A stretch of DNA of 64,000 nucleotides from Candidatus Coatesbacteria bacterium (GTDB lineage: Bacteria; RBG-13-66-14). The stretch lies in the NCBI GenBank assembly GCA_014728225.1, contig WJLX01000003.1, positions 14,815-78,814 of the forward strand, read 5' to 3'. The notes beneath the pieces were generated by a model. It had not been told where the DNA came from, ran no database searches, and saw only the letters and a program-made list of their open reading frames with translations. Position 1 is the first letter of the stretch; every line of letters begins with the position of its first letter. This document shows positions 9,238 through 18,581 of this stretch, one piece after another. The translations under genes were made by a program, and so were the position numbers.

Positions 9238-10311
9238 TTACCACCCCATGATGTCGTCGATATTGAGCAGCAGGTCACGCACCTCGGGCGGGGTCATCGT
9301 GCCCATGTGGGCGATGCGGAAGGTCTTCTCCTTGAGGGCGCCGTAGCCGTTGGAGAGATGATAACCGCGCTTGCCCAGCTCGGCGTTGAGCCCGGCGACG
9401 TCGATGCCCTTGGTGTTGGTCAGGCAGGTCAGCGAAAGCGATTCGTAGCCCTCTTCGGCGAAGAGCTCGAAGCCGCGGGACTCGGCCCAGTCGTGAACCA
9501 GGTCGCGCATGGTGACGTGCTTGGCCCAGTGGGCCTCGAGGTCCCGGTTGAAACGCTCGGCCTGTTTGCCGAGGGCGTGGACCAGGCTGATCGCCGGTGT
9601 CGAGGGTGTCTGGTTGGTACGCTTGCCGGCGGCGTACTTCTTGAAGTTCAGCAGATCGTAGTAGAAACCACGGTTCTCGACCTCGGCGGCGCGCTCGAAG
9701 CAGCGCTCGGAGACGACGGCCACGGCGAGACCCGGGGGCAGGCTCCAGGCCTTCTGGGTGCCGGCGAGCATGTAGTCGATGCCCCAGGCGTCGGTCTCGA
9801 CCTTGGCGGCGGCCATGCCGCTGACGGCGTCGACGGCCAGGATGACGTCGTCATGCTTGTTGACGGCCTCGACGATCTCCTTCAGCGGGCTCATCACACC
9901 GGTCGAGGTTTCGTTGAAGACCACGGTGACCAGATCGTAATCACCCTCGGCGAGCCTGGCGTCGATGTCGGCGGCCTTGGCGGCCTTGCCCCAGTCGTAC
10001 TCCAGGCGGTCGGCCGACTTGCCGTTGGCCAGGGCGATCTTGTTCCAGCGGTCCGAGAAGGCGCCTACGACGACGGAGAGGATCTTCTTGCGCGACAGGT
10101 TGCGTACGGCGGCTTCCATCAGTCCGGTGGAGGAGCAGGTGCCCACCAGGATGAACTTGTCGGTGTAGAGCACCTTCTTGACGTTCTCCACACAGTGGGC
10201 GTGGATCTTCTCGTAGTCCTTCGAGCGGTGGCCGACCATCGGCACACTCATGTCGTGGAGCGCTTCGGGGGTGACCTCGACGGGTCCGGGGATGAAGAGC
10301 TTCTTGTGCAT
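9238..10311 (-). CDS. serC: Class-V aminotransferase, phosphoserine aminotransferase-like (short archaeal/bacterial SerC type)
   Basis: MHKKLFIPGPVEVTPEALHDM N-terminus typical of class-V aminotransferases (AGXT/SerC). Size 357 aa. AGGAGG RBS. Lies directly upstream of serA in the same orientation. Confidence 0.65.
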   Translation of the reverse strand: MHKKLFIPGPVEVTPEALHDMSVPMVGHRSKDYEKIHAHCVENVKKVLYTDKFILVGTCSSTGLMEAAVRNLSRKKILSVVVGAFSDRWNKIALANGKSADRLEYDWGKAAKAADIDARLAEGDYDLVTVVFNETSTGVMSPLKEIVEAVNKHDDVILAVDAVSGMAAAKVETDAWGIDYMLAGTQKAWSLPPGLAVAVVSERCFERAAEVENRGFYYDLLNFKKYAAGKRTNQTPSTPAISLVHALGKQAERFNRDLEAHWAKHVTMRDLVHDWAESRGFELFAEEGYESLSLTCLTNTKGIDVAGLNAELGKRGYHLSNGYGALKEKTFRIAHMGTMTPPEVRDLLLNIDDIMGW

Positions 10312-10487
10312 GGCCCTCCTGAGGGTGGAGACTGGCGCGAGCCGGCGCTGGTTGGATTGCGTACTAAAACGGTTGCAATTTTACCGTTACCGCCGGGGAG
10401 TGTCAAGGCTAGTGACGAGAGTGTAAGATAAAGATAATGAAATAGTTACATCAACAGCCCCTCCGGGCGGGGAGCTTCACCCCACCC

Positions 10488-10516
10488 TTGACAAAATAGC
10501 GGTGCGTTCCTATACT
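10488..10516 (+). promoter_or_regulatory. Sigma-70-type promoter (TTGACA, 17 nt spacer, TATACT)
   Basis: Perfect -35 TTGACA at 10488-10493, 17-nt spacer, then -10 TATACT at 10511-10516. It lies in an AT-rich island about 95 nt upstream of the 10613 ORF. Confidence 0.5.
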
Positions 10517-10612
10517 GCCTTCCGGCTTTTCCCGCGGGCCGACACCTGACCCGGAATGTGAAAAACCCCACGGTCAACCGGTTCCCAGCCGGGCAGCGAC
10601 AGGGGAGGGTAG

Positions 10613-11587
10613 TTGACCGGGCTGTCGAGGTCGATCCCAGCGCTGATCTGTCTGATCGTCTCCACCGCCGCCGCCGCGACGGTCTGGGTCGCCCTACCCG
10701 AATCCGCCGCCGTCGCCGCCCTCGACGCCGAAACCGGCGCATGCCTCGTCCATCACGACTTCGCCGCCGCCCCCACCCACCTGAGCCTGTCCCCGGATGG
10801 GCGCTATCTTTATGTGGCCTGTCACGGCGACGGTCAGACCCACGTCGTCGATCCGCAAAGCGGCGCCCTCTACAAGCGGCTGCCCTACGTGGTTCCCCTC
10901 TTCGCCGCCGACGACGCCGACCATTACATCGCCCCTGGGCTGGGCGGCGTGCACCGCTACATGGTCGACGGCTTCGGCTCCGAGCAGTTGGCCTACCTGC
11001 CCGATACCCGCCACAGCTACGACTACGCCCTGACCCCGGACGGACGCTGGTTCACCTACGTCCAGCGTTACGTCTCCCGTCCCGGCCGTGAAGCCGCCGA
11101 CCCGCCGAGCTTCGCCCGGGTCGCCGTTTGCGATCTCCAGCGGCAGACGGGGGCCTATCTGGAGCTCGAGGCCCAGGCCTGCTGCACCGCCGTTTCCAGC
11201 GCGGGCTGGGGTGCGGTCGCCGCCCTGGACGGCTCGGTGACCCTGTTCGAGCTGAGCGCCGAACCCGTCGCCGCGACGATCATGCACTTCGACGAAAGCG
11301 TCTTCGAGCTGGGCTTCGACGCCCCCGGGGAGCACCTGTTCTGTCTCTGCCCCTGCGGCGTCCACCTCGTCGCCCTCGGTGACGTGACCGCGACCACGAC
11401 CCTCGAGCCCGCCGCCGAAGGCTGGGAAGCCCGACTCGTCGCTGGCGACCTGGAAGCCGAAGCCGGCCTGCTGGTGGTGGCCGACGACGCCGGAACGCTC
11501 TGGCGTACGACCATCGACCAGGGTTCGTTCAGCCGTTTCGCCGAACTCGACGAAAACCCCGTCGAGATCATGCTCATCATGGACTAG
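10613..11587 (+). CDS. Hypothetical secreted protein (possible beta-propeller-like)
   Basis: TTG start preceded by GGGGAGGG. Signal peptide SIPALICLIVSTAAAATVWVA. LSLSPDGRYLYVACHGDGQTHVVD resembles YVTN/YncE-type propeller blades. No firm family assignment. Confidence 0.45.
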   Translation: MTGLSRSIPALICLIVSTAAAATVWVALPESAAVAALDAETGACLVHHDFAAAPTHLSLSPDGRYLYVACHGDGQTHVVDPQSGALYKRLPYVVPLFAADDADHYIAPGLGGVHRYMVDGFGSEQLAYLPDTRHSYDYALTPDGRWFTYVQRYVSRPGREAADPPSFARVAVCDLQRQTGAYLELEAQACCTAVSSAGWGAVAALDGSVTLFELSAEPVAATIMHFDESVFELGFDAPGEHLFCLCPCGVHLVALGDVTATTTLEPAAEGWEARLVAGDLEAEAGLLVVADDAGTLWRTTIDQGSFSRFAELDENPVEIMLIMD

Positions 11588-11666
11588 GGCGGGCCGAAGC
11601 CCCGTTCCCATGGATCCGGCCTCGCAACGTCTCGCGCAGTATCGCTCACCATACGAGGGCTGACAG

Positions 11667-12014
11667 ATGATTGAGAAACGCGGTCCCTTCAAGCTCTCGC
11701 GGCGGCAGGTACGCCGCTTGTTCCTGTTGCTGCTGGTCGCCGCCCTCTCGCTGTCCCTGGTCGGCTGCGCCGCCGGAGACGCGGAGAAGTACAATGCCAA
11801 GGACCCCGCCAACTTCTGGGCCGGGCTCTGGCACGGTTTCATCCTCTTGTTCAGCTTCATCTTCTCGCTGTTCTCGGAGAACGTCGAGCTATACGAAGCG
11901 GCCAACGTCGGTTGGGCCTACGACCTGGGATTCCTCCTGGGCGTGATAATCTTCTGGCGGGGCAACTGCGAGATCGTTTACGTCACCCGCCGCAAGAAGA
12001 AGTGCGAGGAATAA
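11667..12014 (+). CDS. Small membrane lipoprotein, hypothetical
   Basis: Lipobox LSLVGC after a hydrophobic segment, a second TM-like segment, and a C-terminal basic tail RRKKKCEE. Confidence 0.4.
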   Translation: MIEKRGPFKLSRRQVRRLFLLLLVAALSLSLVGCAAGDAEKYNAKDPANFWAGLWHGFILLFSFIFSLFSENVELYEAANVGWAYDLGFLLGVIIFWRGNCEIVYVTRRKKKCEE

Positions 12015-12105
12015 GGGCATTTCCTCGGCAAGAGGTTTCACAGGGAAAGCAGCGCCCCCTAAAAGGTGCTGCATCATCACCCATCAACAGCCAAGGAGAA
12101 ACTCG

Positions 12106-13362
12106 ATGGCCGAAGAACTCAATCCCTTCAAGATAGCCCAGTCGCAGTTCGATCACGCCGCCGAACTGCTCGAACTCGAACAGCCCATGCGCGATTTCCT
12201 GCGCTGGCCGCGGCGCGAGTACAAGTTCACCATCCCCGTCAAGATGGATGACGGTTCGACCAAGGTTTTCCATGGCTATAGGGTCCAGTACAACGACGCC
12301 CGCGGTCCCAACAAGGGCGGCCTGCGCTGGCACCCCGACGAGACCATCGACACCGTGCGCGCCCTGGCGGCCTGGATGACCTGGAAGACCGCCGTCGTCG
12401 ACATCCCCCTGGGCGGCGGCAAGGGCGGCGTCACCTGCAACCCCAAGGAGATGAGCGAGGGCGAGAAGGAACGGCTGGCCCGCGGCTGGATGCGCGTGAT
12501 GGCCCGTGAACTCGGCGAGCATCGCGACTCTCCCGCCCCCGACGTTTACACCACCCCCCAGATCATGGCCTGGATGATGGACGAGTACGAGACCATCGTC
12601 GGCCGCTCCCACCCCGCCGTGATCACCGGCAAGCCGATCCCCGTCGGCGGCTCCCAGGGCCGTGGCGACGCCACCGCCCGCGGCGGCATCTACACCGTCC
12701 GTGAAGCCTGCAAGAAGAAGAACATCGATCCCTCCAAGGCCACCTACTCCATCCAGGGCTTCGGTAACGCCGGCCAGTTCGCCGCCACCCTCCACGAAGA
12801 GGTCCTCGGAGGCGGCAAGCTCGTCGCCGTCAGCGATTCCCGCGGCGGTATCTACGTCGAGGCCGGCATGGACCCCAGGGAAATCGTCAAGTGGAAGCTG
12901 GAAAACGGCACCGTGACGACCTTCCCCAAGGCCGACAAGAAGATCACCAACGAAGAGCTCCTCGAACTCGAAGTCGACATCCTCTACCCCTCCGCCCTGG
13001 AGAACGTCATCACCAGCAAGAACGCCGACAAGATCAAGTGCAAGATCTCTTGCGAGTTGGCCAACGGCCCCACCACCCCCGAGGCCGACCAGATCCTGCA
13101 CAAAAACGGCGTCCACGTCATCCCCGACTTCCTCGCCAACGCCGGCGGTGTGACCGTCAGCTACTTCGAGCAGGTCCAGGGTACCTACAACTACTGGTGG
13201 CCCCTCGAGGAGATCCACCGTCAGCTCGACGACAAGATGACCAAGGCCTACCACGCCGTCTACGACATGCACGAGGATAAGAACATCGATATGCGGACGG
13301 CCGCCTACCTGGTCTCGGTCAAGCGCGTCGCCGACAACGTCCGCCTGCGCGGCTGGGTCTAA
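12106..13362 (+). CDS. gdhA: NAD(P)-specific glutamate dehydrogenase
   Basis: Glu/Leu/Phe/Val dehydrogenase blocks including KGGLRWHPDET, GGGKGGV (catalytic Lys region), and a Rossmann GFGNAGQ. AAGGAG RBS. Confidence 0.9.
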   Translation: MAEELNPFKIAQSQFDHAAELLELEQPMRDFLRWPRREYKFTIPVKMDDGSTKVFHGYRVQYNDARGPNKGGLRWHPDETIDTVRALAAWMTWKTAVVDIPLGGGKGGVTCNPKEMSEGEKERLARGWMRVMARELGEHRDSPAPDVYTTPQIMAWMMDEYETIVGRSHPAVITGKPIPVGGSQGRGDATARGGIYTVREACKKKNIDPSKATYSIQGFGNAGQFAATLHEEVLGGGKLVAVSDSRGGIYVEAGMDPREIVKWKLENGTVTTFPKADKKITNEELLELEVDILYPSALENVITSKNADKIKCKISCELANGPTTPEADQILHKNGVHVIPDFLANAGGVTVSYFEQVQGTYNYWWPLEEIHRQLDDKMTKAYHAVYDMHEDKNIDMRTAAYLVSVKRVADNVRLRGWV

Positions 13363-13386
13363 ACCCGCTGCCGTTCAGCGCAACCA

Positions 13387-13415
13387 ACACAGGGCCCCCC
13401 GGGGCCCTGTGTTTT
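13387..13415 (+). terminator. Rho-independent terminator after gdhA
   Basis: ACAGGGCCCC-CCG-GGGCCCTGT hairpin followed by GTTTT, about 25 nt after the gdhA stop. Confidence 0.6.
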
Positions 13416-13488
13416 GATCAACCCGACCGCGGACGAGACCTTTGAAAAACCGCCGAGTCTGCGGCGGATGCTTAGGCCCGACGAGCGG

Positions 13489-13572
13489 CCGGAACCGGCA
13501 CGGTTTTTGCATCTCGGCGACCGTTGGAGCGAGGATAACGGTCCGCCTCCGCAAAAACCGTGCCGGTTCCGG
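13489..13572. repeat. Palindromic intergenic element, copy 1 (inner 22-bp IRs; extended imperfect palindrome about 13437..13623)
   Basis: CCGGAACCGGCACGGTTTTTGC, then core ATCTCGGCGACCGTTGGAGCGAGGATAACGGTCCGCCTCC, then GCAAAAACCGTGCCGGTTCCGG. Outer arms GACCTTTGAAAAAC ... GTTTTTTCAAAGGTC. The track mis-reads it as a small ORF. Confidence 0.85.
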
Positions 13573-13704
13573 CCGCTCATCAGCCTGAGGTTGCCGCCGG
13601 GCGCTCCGGTTTTTTCAAAGGTCTCGTCCGGGCGTTCCCTACCCGGCGCCCCCCCCTTTTGCTACAATACGGGTGAGAGAACCATCCAACAGGGAGGCAG
13701 GGCG

Positions 13705-14376
13705 ATGCGTAAGGTAACGGCGGTCCTTATCTGCCTGGCCGCGGTCTGCGGCGCCGGTTCCCGGGGCGGCGGACGGGCCGATCTGCACGACGCCGTCGTC
13801 GTATTTCTCGGCGCGTCGATCACCGAGGTCTTCTACTATCCGACGGAGGGGCAGTTCTTCCCGGACTACGACTTCCACAAGATTATCGAGTTCGGGCCGG
13901 ATAAACAGTCTGTCTTCGGGGACATCGCCGCCCTGGAGCCGGACATTGTGGTCTTCAAGGAGTGCGGGGCCTATTTCGACGAGGGCGGCGATACGGACAT
14001 GCCGGCGATACAGGGCTTCATGGAAGACATCGCCGATTTCTGCATCTCGATCGACGCCGTGCCGGTACCGGCGACAACCCTGCCCATCGATGTCGGTTAC
14101 GGCGGTCATACCCAGGCCCAGCTAGAGGACATCATCGAGTTCGATAACTGGGTGCGCGGTTGGTGCGACGCCGAGGGGTGGGCATGCATGGATTACTATA
14201 GCTGGATCGCCGACGGTGACGGTCAACTGCCGACGGCCTACCACGACGGCGACGGTCTGCACCCCAATCAGGAGGGCTACGACGTTCTCGGTCCCCACGT
14301 CATTCCCACCCTGGAGGGTGTCGCCTGGGCGGTCGTGCCGGTGAGTTTCGGCCGGATCAAGGCTCTGGGCCGCTGA
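13705..14376 (+). CDS. SGNH/GDSL-family hydrolase lipoprotein
   Basis: AGGGAGG RBS. Lipoprotein signal LAAVCG. Block I VVVFLGASIT (GDS-like Ser) and block V DGLHPNQEGY (DxxH). The track ORF 13414.. has a false N-terminal extension across the repeat. Confidence 0.7.
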   Translation: MRKVTAVLICLAAVCGAGSRGGGRADLHDAVVVFLGASITEVFYYPTEGQFFPDYDFHKIIEFGPDKQSVFGDIAALEPDIVVFKECGAYFDEGGDTDMPAIQGFMEDIADFCISIDAVPVPATTLPIDVGYGGHTQAQLEDIIEFDNWVRGWCDAEGWACMDYYSWIADGDGQLPTAYHDGDGLHPNQEGYDVLGPHVIPTLEGVAWAVVPVSFGRIKALGR

Positions 14377-14493
14377 ACACACGGTAGTGCCGCTCGTTGA
14401 CGTAACTCGTTCTAGAGCGGGGCATGGACTAGCTCGCCTCGACTGTCGAGCAGCGTGTTCGCTCAAACTATAACTTGTTTCGGAGGTGCCCCA

Positions 14494-15051
14494 ATGCCTG
14501 TTTCAATCGTCAGCGGCGCGCTCAGGCGGCGTGTCGAATCCCTGGTGTCCGAAGACGAGCTGTCAGCAGTCGAGTTGATCCAACGCTTCCTGGACCTGTT
14601 GGGTCCGGAATTGGACGTCAGCCGGGCCTGCTTCAACGTCAAGCGCAACCGTGTCTATACGACGGAGCTGGAGTGGTTGGCCGCCGGCGTCAAGAGTTCC
14701 CTGGGCGAGAAGGTCTCGGCGCGGATCATCGAGAGCTTGGTGGCCGATGACATCCGGGAGTTGAACAAGGACACGGCCAAGGAGCTGCTGCCACCGGGAC
14801 TACGGTTGATCTCGGGCTCGGTGCTGGGCATCCTCGAGGTGCTGCAGCGTCTGGTGGCCATCGTCGCCGGGCCGATCCGCTACCGCGGCGAGCTGGTGGC
14901 CGTGGTCTCCTTCGATATCTGCAAGGAGCGCAAGGCCTCGGCGGGCTGGTCGGGGCGCAAGCTCAACGCCGTCGGCGCATTGATCCAGCGCTTCAACAGC
15001 GCCTTGGAGCGCGAGAAGGATCTGCTTGGCGAACCGCCCTTCATTCAATGA
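14494..15051 (+). CDS. Hypothetical protein (possible GAF-like small-molecule-binding fold)
   Basis: GGAGGTG RBS 5 nt before the ATG at 14494 (MPVSIVSG..). No strong family motif. Confidence 0.4.
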   Translation: MPVSIVSGALRRRVESLVSEDELSAVELIQRFLDLLGPELDVSRACFNVKRNRVYTTELEWLAAGVKSSLGEKVSARIIESLVADDIRELNKDTAKELLPPGLRLISGSVLGILEVLQRLVAIVAGPIRYRGELVAVVSFDICKERKASAGWSGRKLNAVGALIQRFNSALEREKDLLGEPPFIQ

Positions 15052-15128
15052 CATGACGGAGTCGACCGCCATTGTCCCGTCCGGCGACCTTTGAAAAACA
15101 GCAGGTGCGCACCGGTGAGCCCAGGCGG

Positions 15129-15212
15129 CCGGAACCGGCACGGTTTTTGCATCTCGGCGACCGTTGAAGCGAGGATAGCGGTTCGCCTCCGCAAAAACCG
15201 TGCCGGTTCCGG
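15129..15212. repeat. Palindromic intergenic element, copy 2 (extended palindrome about 15085..15271)
   Basis: Same 22-bp inner IRs and core as copy 1 (core variant ...CGTTGAAGCGAGGATAGCGGTTCGCC...). Outer arms CGACCTTTGAAAAACA ... GTTTTTCAAAGGTCG. Confidence 0.85.
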
Positions 15213-15334
15213 CCGGTCGTTGGACCGAGCCGGCCCCCCCGCAGGGCGCTCCGGGTGTTTTTCAAAGGTCGCCGTTATCGCCAACAGGCCGGGTCGCGCG
15301 ACCCGGCCTGTTGGCGCAGTGGCAGACTCGGTGT

Positions 15335-15889
15335 TCAAGCGTCCCGCGCCGTATAGTACTCCTCGGCCAGGATGCCCATCAGGTGTTCGTCGTGCCAGGC
15401 TCCGGTGTACCAGTGGGCCCGGCGGGCCACGCCTTCGTGGACGAAGCCGCAGTCCTCGTAGACCTTGGCGGCCCCGGCGTTGTGGGCGTAGTAGCGCAGC
15501 CAGACCCGGTGCAGATTGAGCACATCGAAGGCGTAGGCCAGGGTCAGCCGGACGGCCTCGCTGCCGTAACCCTTGCGGCGCATTTGCGGCGGACCGATGA
15601 AGATGCCGAATTCGGCGTGGCGGTCGATGTCATTGACCCGGTGCAGTCCGGTGTTGCCGATGAGGGCGTCGTCGACGAGGCGGCGGACGCCGAAGACGAT
15701 GTCGCCGCGCTTGTCCAGCGTGTCCAGCCATTCCCGTTCGGCCATCGTCGTCAGCGGGCGTTGGATCATCAGGTTCTCGCGCACGCCGGGGGCGTTGAGC
15801 CAGCGGACGTACAGCTCGAGGTCGGCCTCGTCCACGGGCGAGAGAAACACCTGTTCACCGACGAGGAAGCGGGCTCGGGGTTCGTTCAT
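15335..15889 (-). CDS. GNAT-family N-acetyltransferase (RimJ/RimL-like)
   Basis: GNAT motifs: FGIFIGPPQMRRKGYGSEAV (acetyl-CoA-binding R/Q-x-x-G-x-G/A) and a C-terminal YEDCGFVHEG. Overlaps the nnr stop by 4 bp. Confidence 0.8.
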   Translation of the reverse strand: MNEPRARFLVGEQVFLSPVDEADLELYVRWLNAPGVRENLMIQRPLTTMAEREWLDTLDKRGDIVFGVRRLVDDALIGNTGLHRVNDIDRHAEFGIFIGPPQMRRKGYGSEAVRLTLAYAFDVLNLHRVWLRYYAHNAGAAKVYEDCGFVHEGVARRAHWYTGAWHDEHLMGILAEEYYTARDA

Positions 15890-17436
15890 CGGAGGGTCTC
15901 CGCGTCACGCGCCGCGGCGACGGCCGCGGGCAGGTGTTCGAGGATGTCGGTCGGGGCGACACTCCAGTCGCCGCAGCCGCCCGCGGCCAGCTCGCCGGCC
16001 AGGCCGTGGAGGTAGGCGGCGGCGACGGCGGCGGAGAACGGCTCGAGGCCCCGGGCCAGCAGAGCGCCGATGACGCCGGCCAGCACGTCGCCGGAACCGC
16101 CGACGGCCATCCGCCAGTCCCCGGTGGTGTTGAAGCAGGCCGTGCCGTCGGGGGCGGCGACGATACTGCGGTAGCCCTTGAGCAGGCAGACGGCGCCGGT
16201 GAGTTCGGCCAGCTCCCGCGCCGCGCCCAGGCGGTCGGCGTTGACCGCGGCGGCGCTGCGCCCCAGCAGTCGCCCGGCTTCCCCCGGGTGCGGTGTCAGC
16301 ACGTGGGGCGGATCGACCCGGGACAGCAGCTCGGTATCGGCGGCGTTGAGCCCGTCGGCGTCGATGACCGCCGCCACCTCGAGGTGCGGCAGGACGGCCT
16401 GCAGCAGCTTGCTGACGTTGACGTCGTTGCCCAGCCCCGGACCGACGACGGCGGCGTCGGCGGCGTTGAGCGTCCGCAGGATCACCTCCGAGGCGAAGGG
16501 CGACACCCGGCCCGCCTCGCCGGTGACCTCCGTCGAGGTCACCCCCGGCATGATCTGCTTGATCAGGTTCAGCGCCCCGGAGGTGGTGCAGAGGTTGACC
16601 AGTCCGGCGCCGGAGCGCGAGGCCGCCAGGCAGACCAGGGCCGCCGCCCCCGAATAATCCCGGCTGCCCGCCAGGGCGGCCACCCTTCCGCGCTCGCCCT
16701 TGTGGGCGTCGAGGGGCGGCGGGGCGAAGTAGGGCGCCGCGTCCCCCGGCTCGGCGTAGAACGTCCGCAGCCCGGCGAAGCGCTCCGGCAGCATCCCGAT
16801 CGGCACGGTGATGATCTCCCCGGTCAGGCGGTAGCCCGGCGGCAGGAAGAGCCCCGTCTTCGGCGCGGCGAAGGTCAGCGTCAACTCGGCATCGACGGCC
16901 AGCTCCGCCGCCCCCGTTTCCGCGTCCAGGCCCGAGGGTACATCGACGGCGATAACGTAGGCCTCGGACTCGTTGACGGCCCGGATGACCGGGGCGAACA
17001 GCCCCCGCGGCGCACCCGTCACCCCGACGCCCAGCAGGGCGTCGACCACCACGCGCGCCCCGGCCAGGGCCCGGCGCAGCTCGTCCAGATCCTCTTCGCC
17101 CTCGATCAGCCGGGCGCCGCGGTTCCCGGCCGTCCAGACCCGCCAGTTGAGCGCCGCCTCCCCGCTCAGCTCCGCCGGGTCTCCCAGTTTGAAAATCAGC
17201 GGCTCGACACCGGCGCCGGCCAGATGCCGGGCGCAAACCAGGCCGTCGCCGCCGTTATTGCCCTTGCCCACCAGGATGACGATCGCGCCCGACCGCGACT
17301 CGGGGAAGCGCTCGAGGATTGCGGCGGCAACCGCCCGGCCCGCGTTTTCCATCAACGCCGCGCCGGGCAGCCCGTCCTCTTCGATGGTCAGGCGGTCCAG
17401 CCGGCGGATCTCTTCGGTGCTCGCTACGGGTCGCAT
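15886..17436 (-). CDS. nnr: Bifunctional NAD(P)H-hydrate repair enzyme (YjeF-N epimerase / ADP-dependent dehydratase)
   Basis: N-terminal YjeF-N domain (ILVGKGNNGGDGLV) and C-terminal carbohydrate-kinase-like dehydratase domain (GGSGDVLAGVIGALLARG). GGAGGA RBS before the ATG at 17436. The track ORF extends spuriously to 17679. Confidence 0.85.
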   Translation of the reverse strand: MRPVASTEEIRRLDRLTIEEDGLPGAALMENAGRAVAAAILERFPESRSGAIVILVGKGNNGGDGLVCARHLAGAGVEPLIFKLGDPAELSGEAALNWRVWTAGNRGARLIEGEEDLDELRRALAGARVVVDALLGVGVTGAPRGLFAPVIRAVNESEAYVIAVDVPSGLDAETGAAELAVDAELTLTFAAPKTGLFLPPGYRLTGEIITVPIGMLPERFAGLRTFYAEPGDAAPYFAPPPLDAHKGERGRVAALAGSRDYSGAAALVCLAASRSGAGLVNLCTTSGALNLIKQIMPGVTSTEVTGEAGRVSPFASEVILRTLNAADAAVVGPGLGNDVNVSKLLQAVLPHLEVAAVIDADGLNAADTELLSRVDPPHVLTPHPGEAGRLLGRSAAAVNADRLGAARELAELTGAVCLLKGYRSIVAAPDGTACFNTTGDWRMAVGGSGDVLAGVIGALLARGLEPFSAAVAAAYLHGLAGELAAGGCGDWSVAPTDILEHLPAAVAAARDAETLR

Positions 17437-17585
17437 GCGTTCCTCCGACGGTTTCTCCTCGATTGTCATTTTAACAGGGCTGTCCATTCGCCGCCAGCGT
17501 TGCACTGTTTCACCGGTATCTGCGCGGCCCGTTGCGTGTAGATGACCCTGTTGGGCGGGGCGTGGGATGAATCCCCCGACCTCGT

Positions 17586-17827
17586 CGCGGGCTGGATTAC
17601 AATCCCGCCCCTGCAGGGGCGCGTCGCACGCCATCGAGAACCCCGTAGGAGCGGCTGTCCCCAGCCGCCCGGTGTTCATAACCTCAGACGGGTGCGAACC
17701 GCCGAAAACAGAGGATCGGCGCTTTTCCCGCCCGCGGTCGTCAACCGAGGACCTCGGGCGGGAAGCTGGTGCCGGTGCTGCTCCGCAGCATTGGAGTTAC
17801 GACGGCATCGTAACTCCGGCCCGGCGG
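17586..17827 (+). repeat. Conserved structured non-coding module, copy A2
   Basis: Aligns with 7877..8120 and shares the hairpins GGGC[GT]GGATT..AATCCCGCCC, [CG][AT]GG[GA]GCGGCTGTC.CCAGCCGCCC, TGCTGCT[TC]CGCAGCA and GAGT(T)ACGA...TCGTA(A)CTC. It abuts the IS1595-like remnant on its right. Confidence 0.45.
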
Positions 17828-17847
17828 CGCCGGCAGCGAAACTAGCA

Positions 17848-18396
17848 GGGAGCATCACAGGAGTTGAACATCAGCTGTTGCAGTTGGGTTCTTCCAGCGG
17901 CGTGAACGGGTCCGTCAACCCGCCAGCGACGCGGCGGGCAATGTGGCGGGGCGGAGCGGATCGCGGGAGCGGCGCGCCGAGGGACGTCAAAAGGCGAGGG
18001 TCGCGGCAAGCCGTTCAAGCGTCGTCCCCGGGGTGCCGCAACGCGCCGCCGCCGGAAAAAACGCGGCGAGACAGCCTGTCTGTTGCGCCTCGGTGTCCCG
18101 ACCGTCCGAGCCGCCGCTCGCCGGGCCGCGCTGGACCCGACCAGCTACACCGCTACGCCGACGGCCGGCGGGTCTATAAGAAACTGTAAATCAACGGCTT
18201 CCACCACGGGGCCTCAATGACGACAAGACCCCGGTCGATGGCCGGCGACGGCAAACAGCCGAGCAGAGCTTCGGCCTCTTCATCCCTGAAAGATCGTTCC
18301 GCTTCAACCCTCGAGACGCCGATAACACGCTATCCATTCTCAGGAGCAGACTTCGCGCTTGGTCATAGCTCGGTCATAGTTAGGTGATAATCCCCC
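17848..18396 (+). mobile_element. Degenerate, internally deleted IS1595-family element (miniature, non-autonomous)
   Basis: Aligns with 50272..50938. Encodes a zinc-ribbon/HTH N-terminal fragment and a frameshifted C-terminal fragment (...YADGRRVYKKL*INGFHH...ERSFRFNPRDADNTLSIL). Right end GGTGATAATCCCCC. Inserted about 30 bp from the tRNA-Asn 3' end. Confidence 0.6.
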
Positions 18397-18426
18397 GAAA
18401 AAAACGGGACCCCCGCGGGGGTCCCG

Positions 18427-18501
18427 TGGCTCCTCGGGCCGGACTCGAACCAGCAACCAATCGGTTAACAGCCGATTGCTCTACCATTGAGCTACCGAGG
18501 A
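18427..18501 (-). tRNA. tRNA-Asn (anticodon GTT)
   Basis: Minus-strand sequence TCCTCGG-TA-GCTC-AATGGTA-GAGC-A-ATCGG-CTGTTAA-CCGAT-TGGTT-GCTGG-TTCGAGT-CCGGC-CCGAGGA-G-CCA folds as a cloverleaf. Anticodon loop CTGTTAA gives GUU. CCA is encoded. Confidence 0.85.
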
Positions 18502-18581
18502 TCGTGAATTTCGCCGCCGTCGGTGACGACGGAGGAGTATTGTGCCAGAGGGCGGCGAAGCTGTCAAGGACGGGGGAGGCT

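Noticed and set aside
8302-10431. 709-aa + strand ORF
   Set aside because: Antisense to serA/serC, with low-complexity V/G/D/A-rich translation.
13359-13580. Small ORFs translating ...GRNRHGFCGGGPLSSLQRSPRCKNRAGSG... (also 15041..15265, 15045..15338, 43109..43405, 47684..48139, 33854..34468, 39089..39538)
   Set aside because: These are read-throughs of the palindromic repeat elements in different copies and strands. The repeated peptide is an artefact of the repeated DNA.
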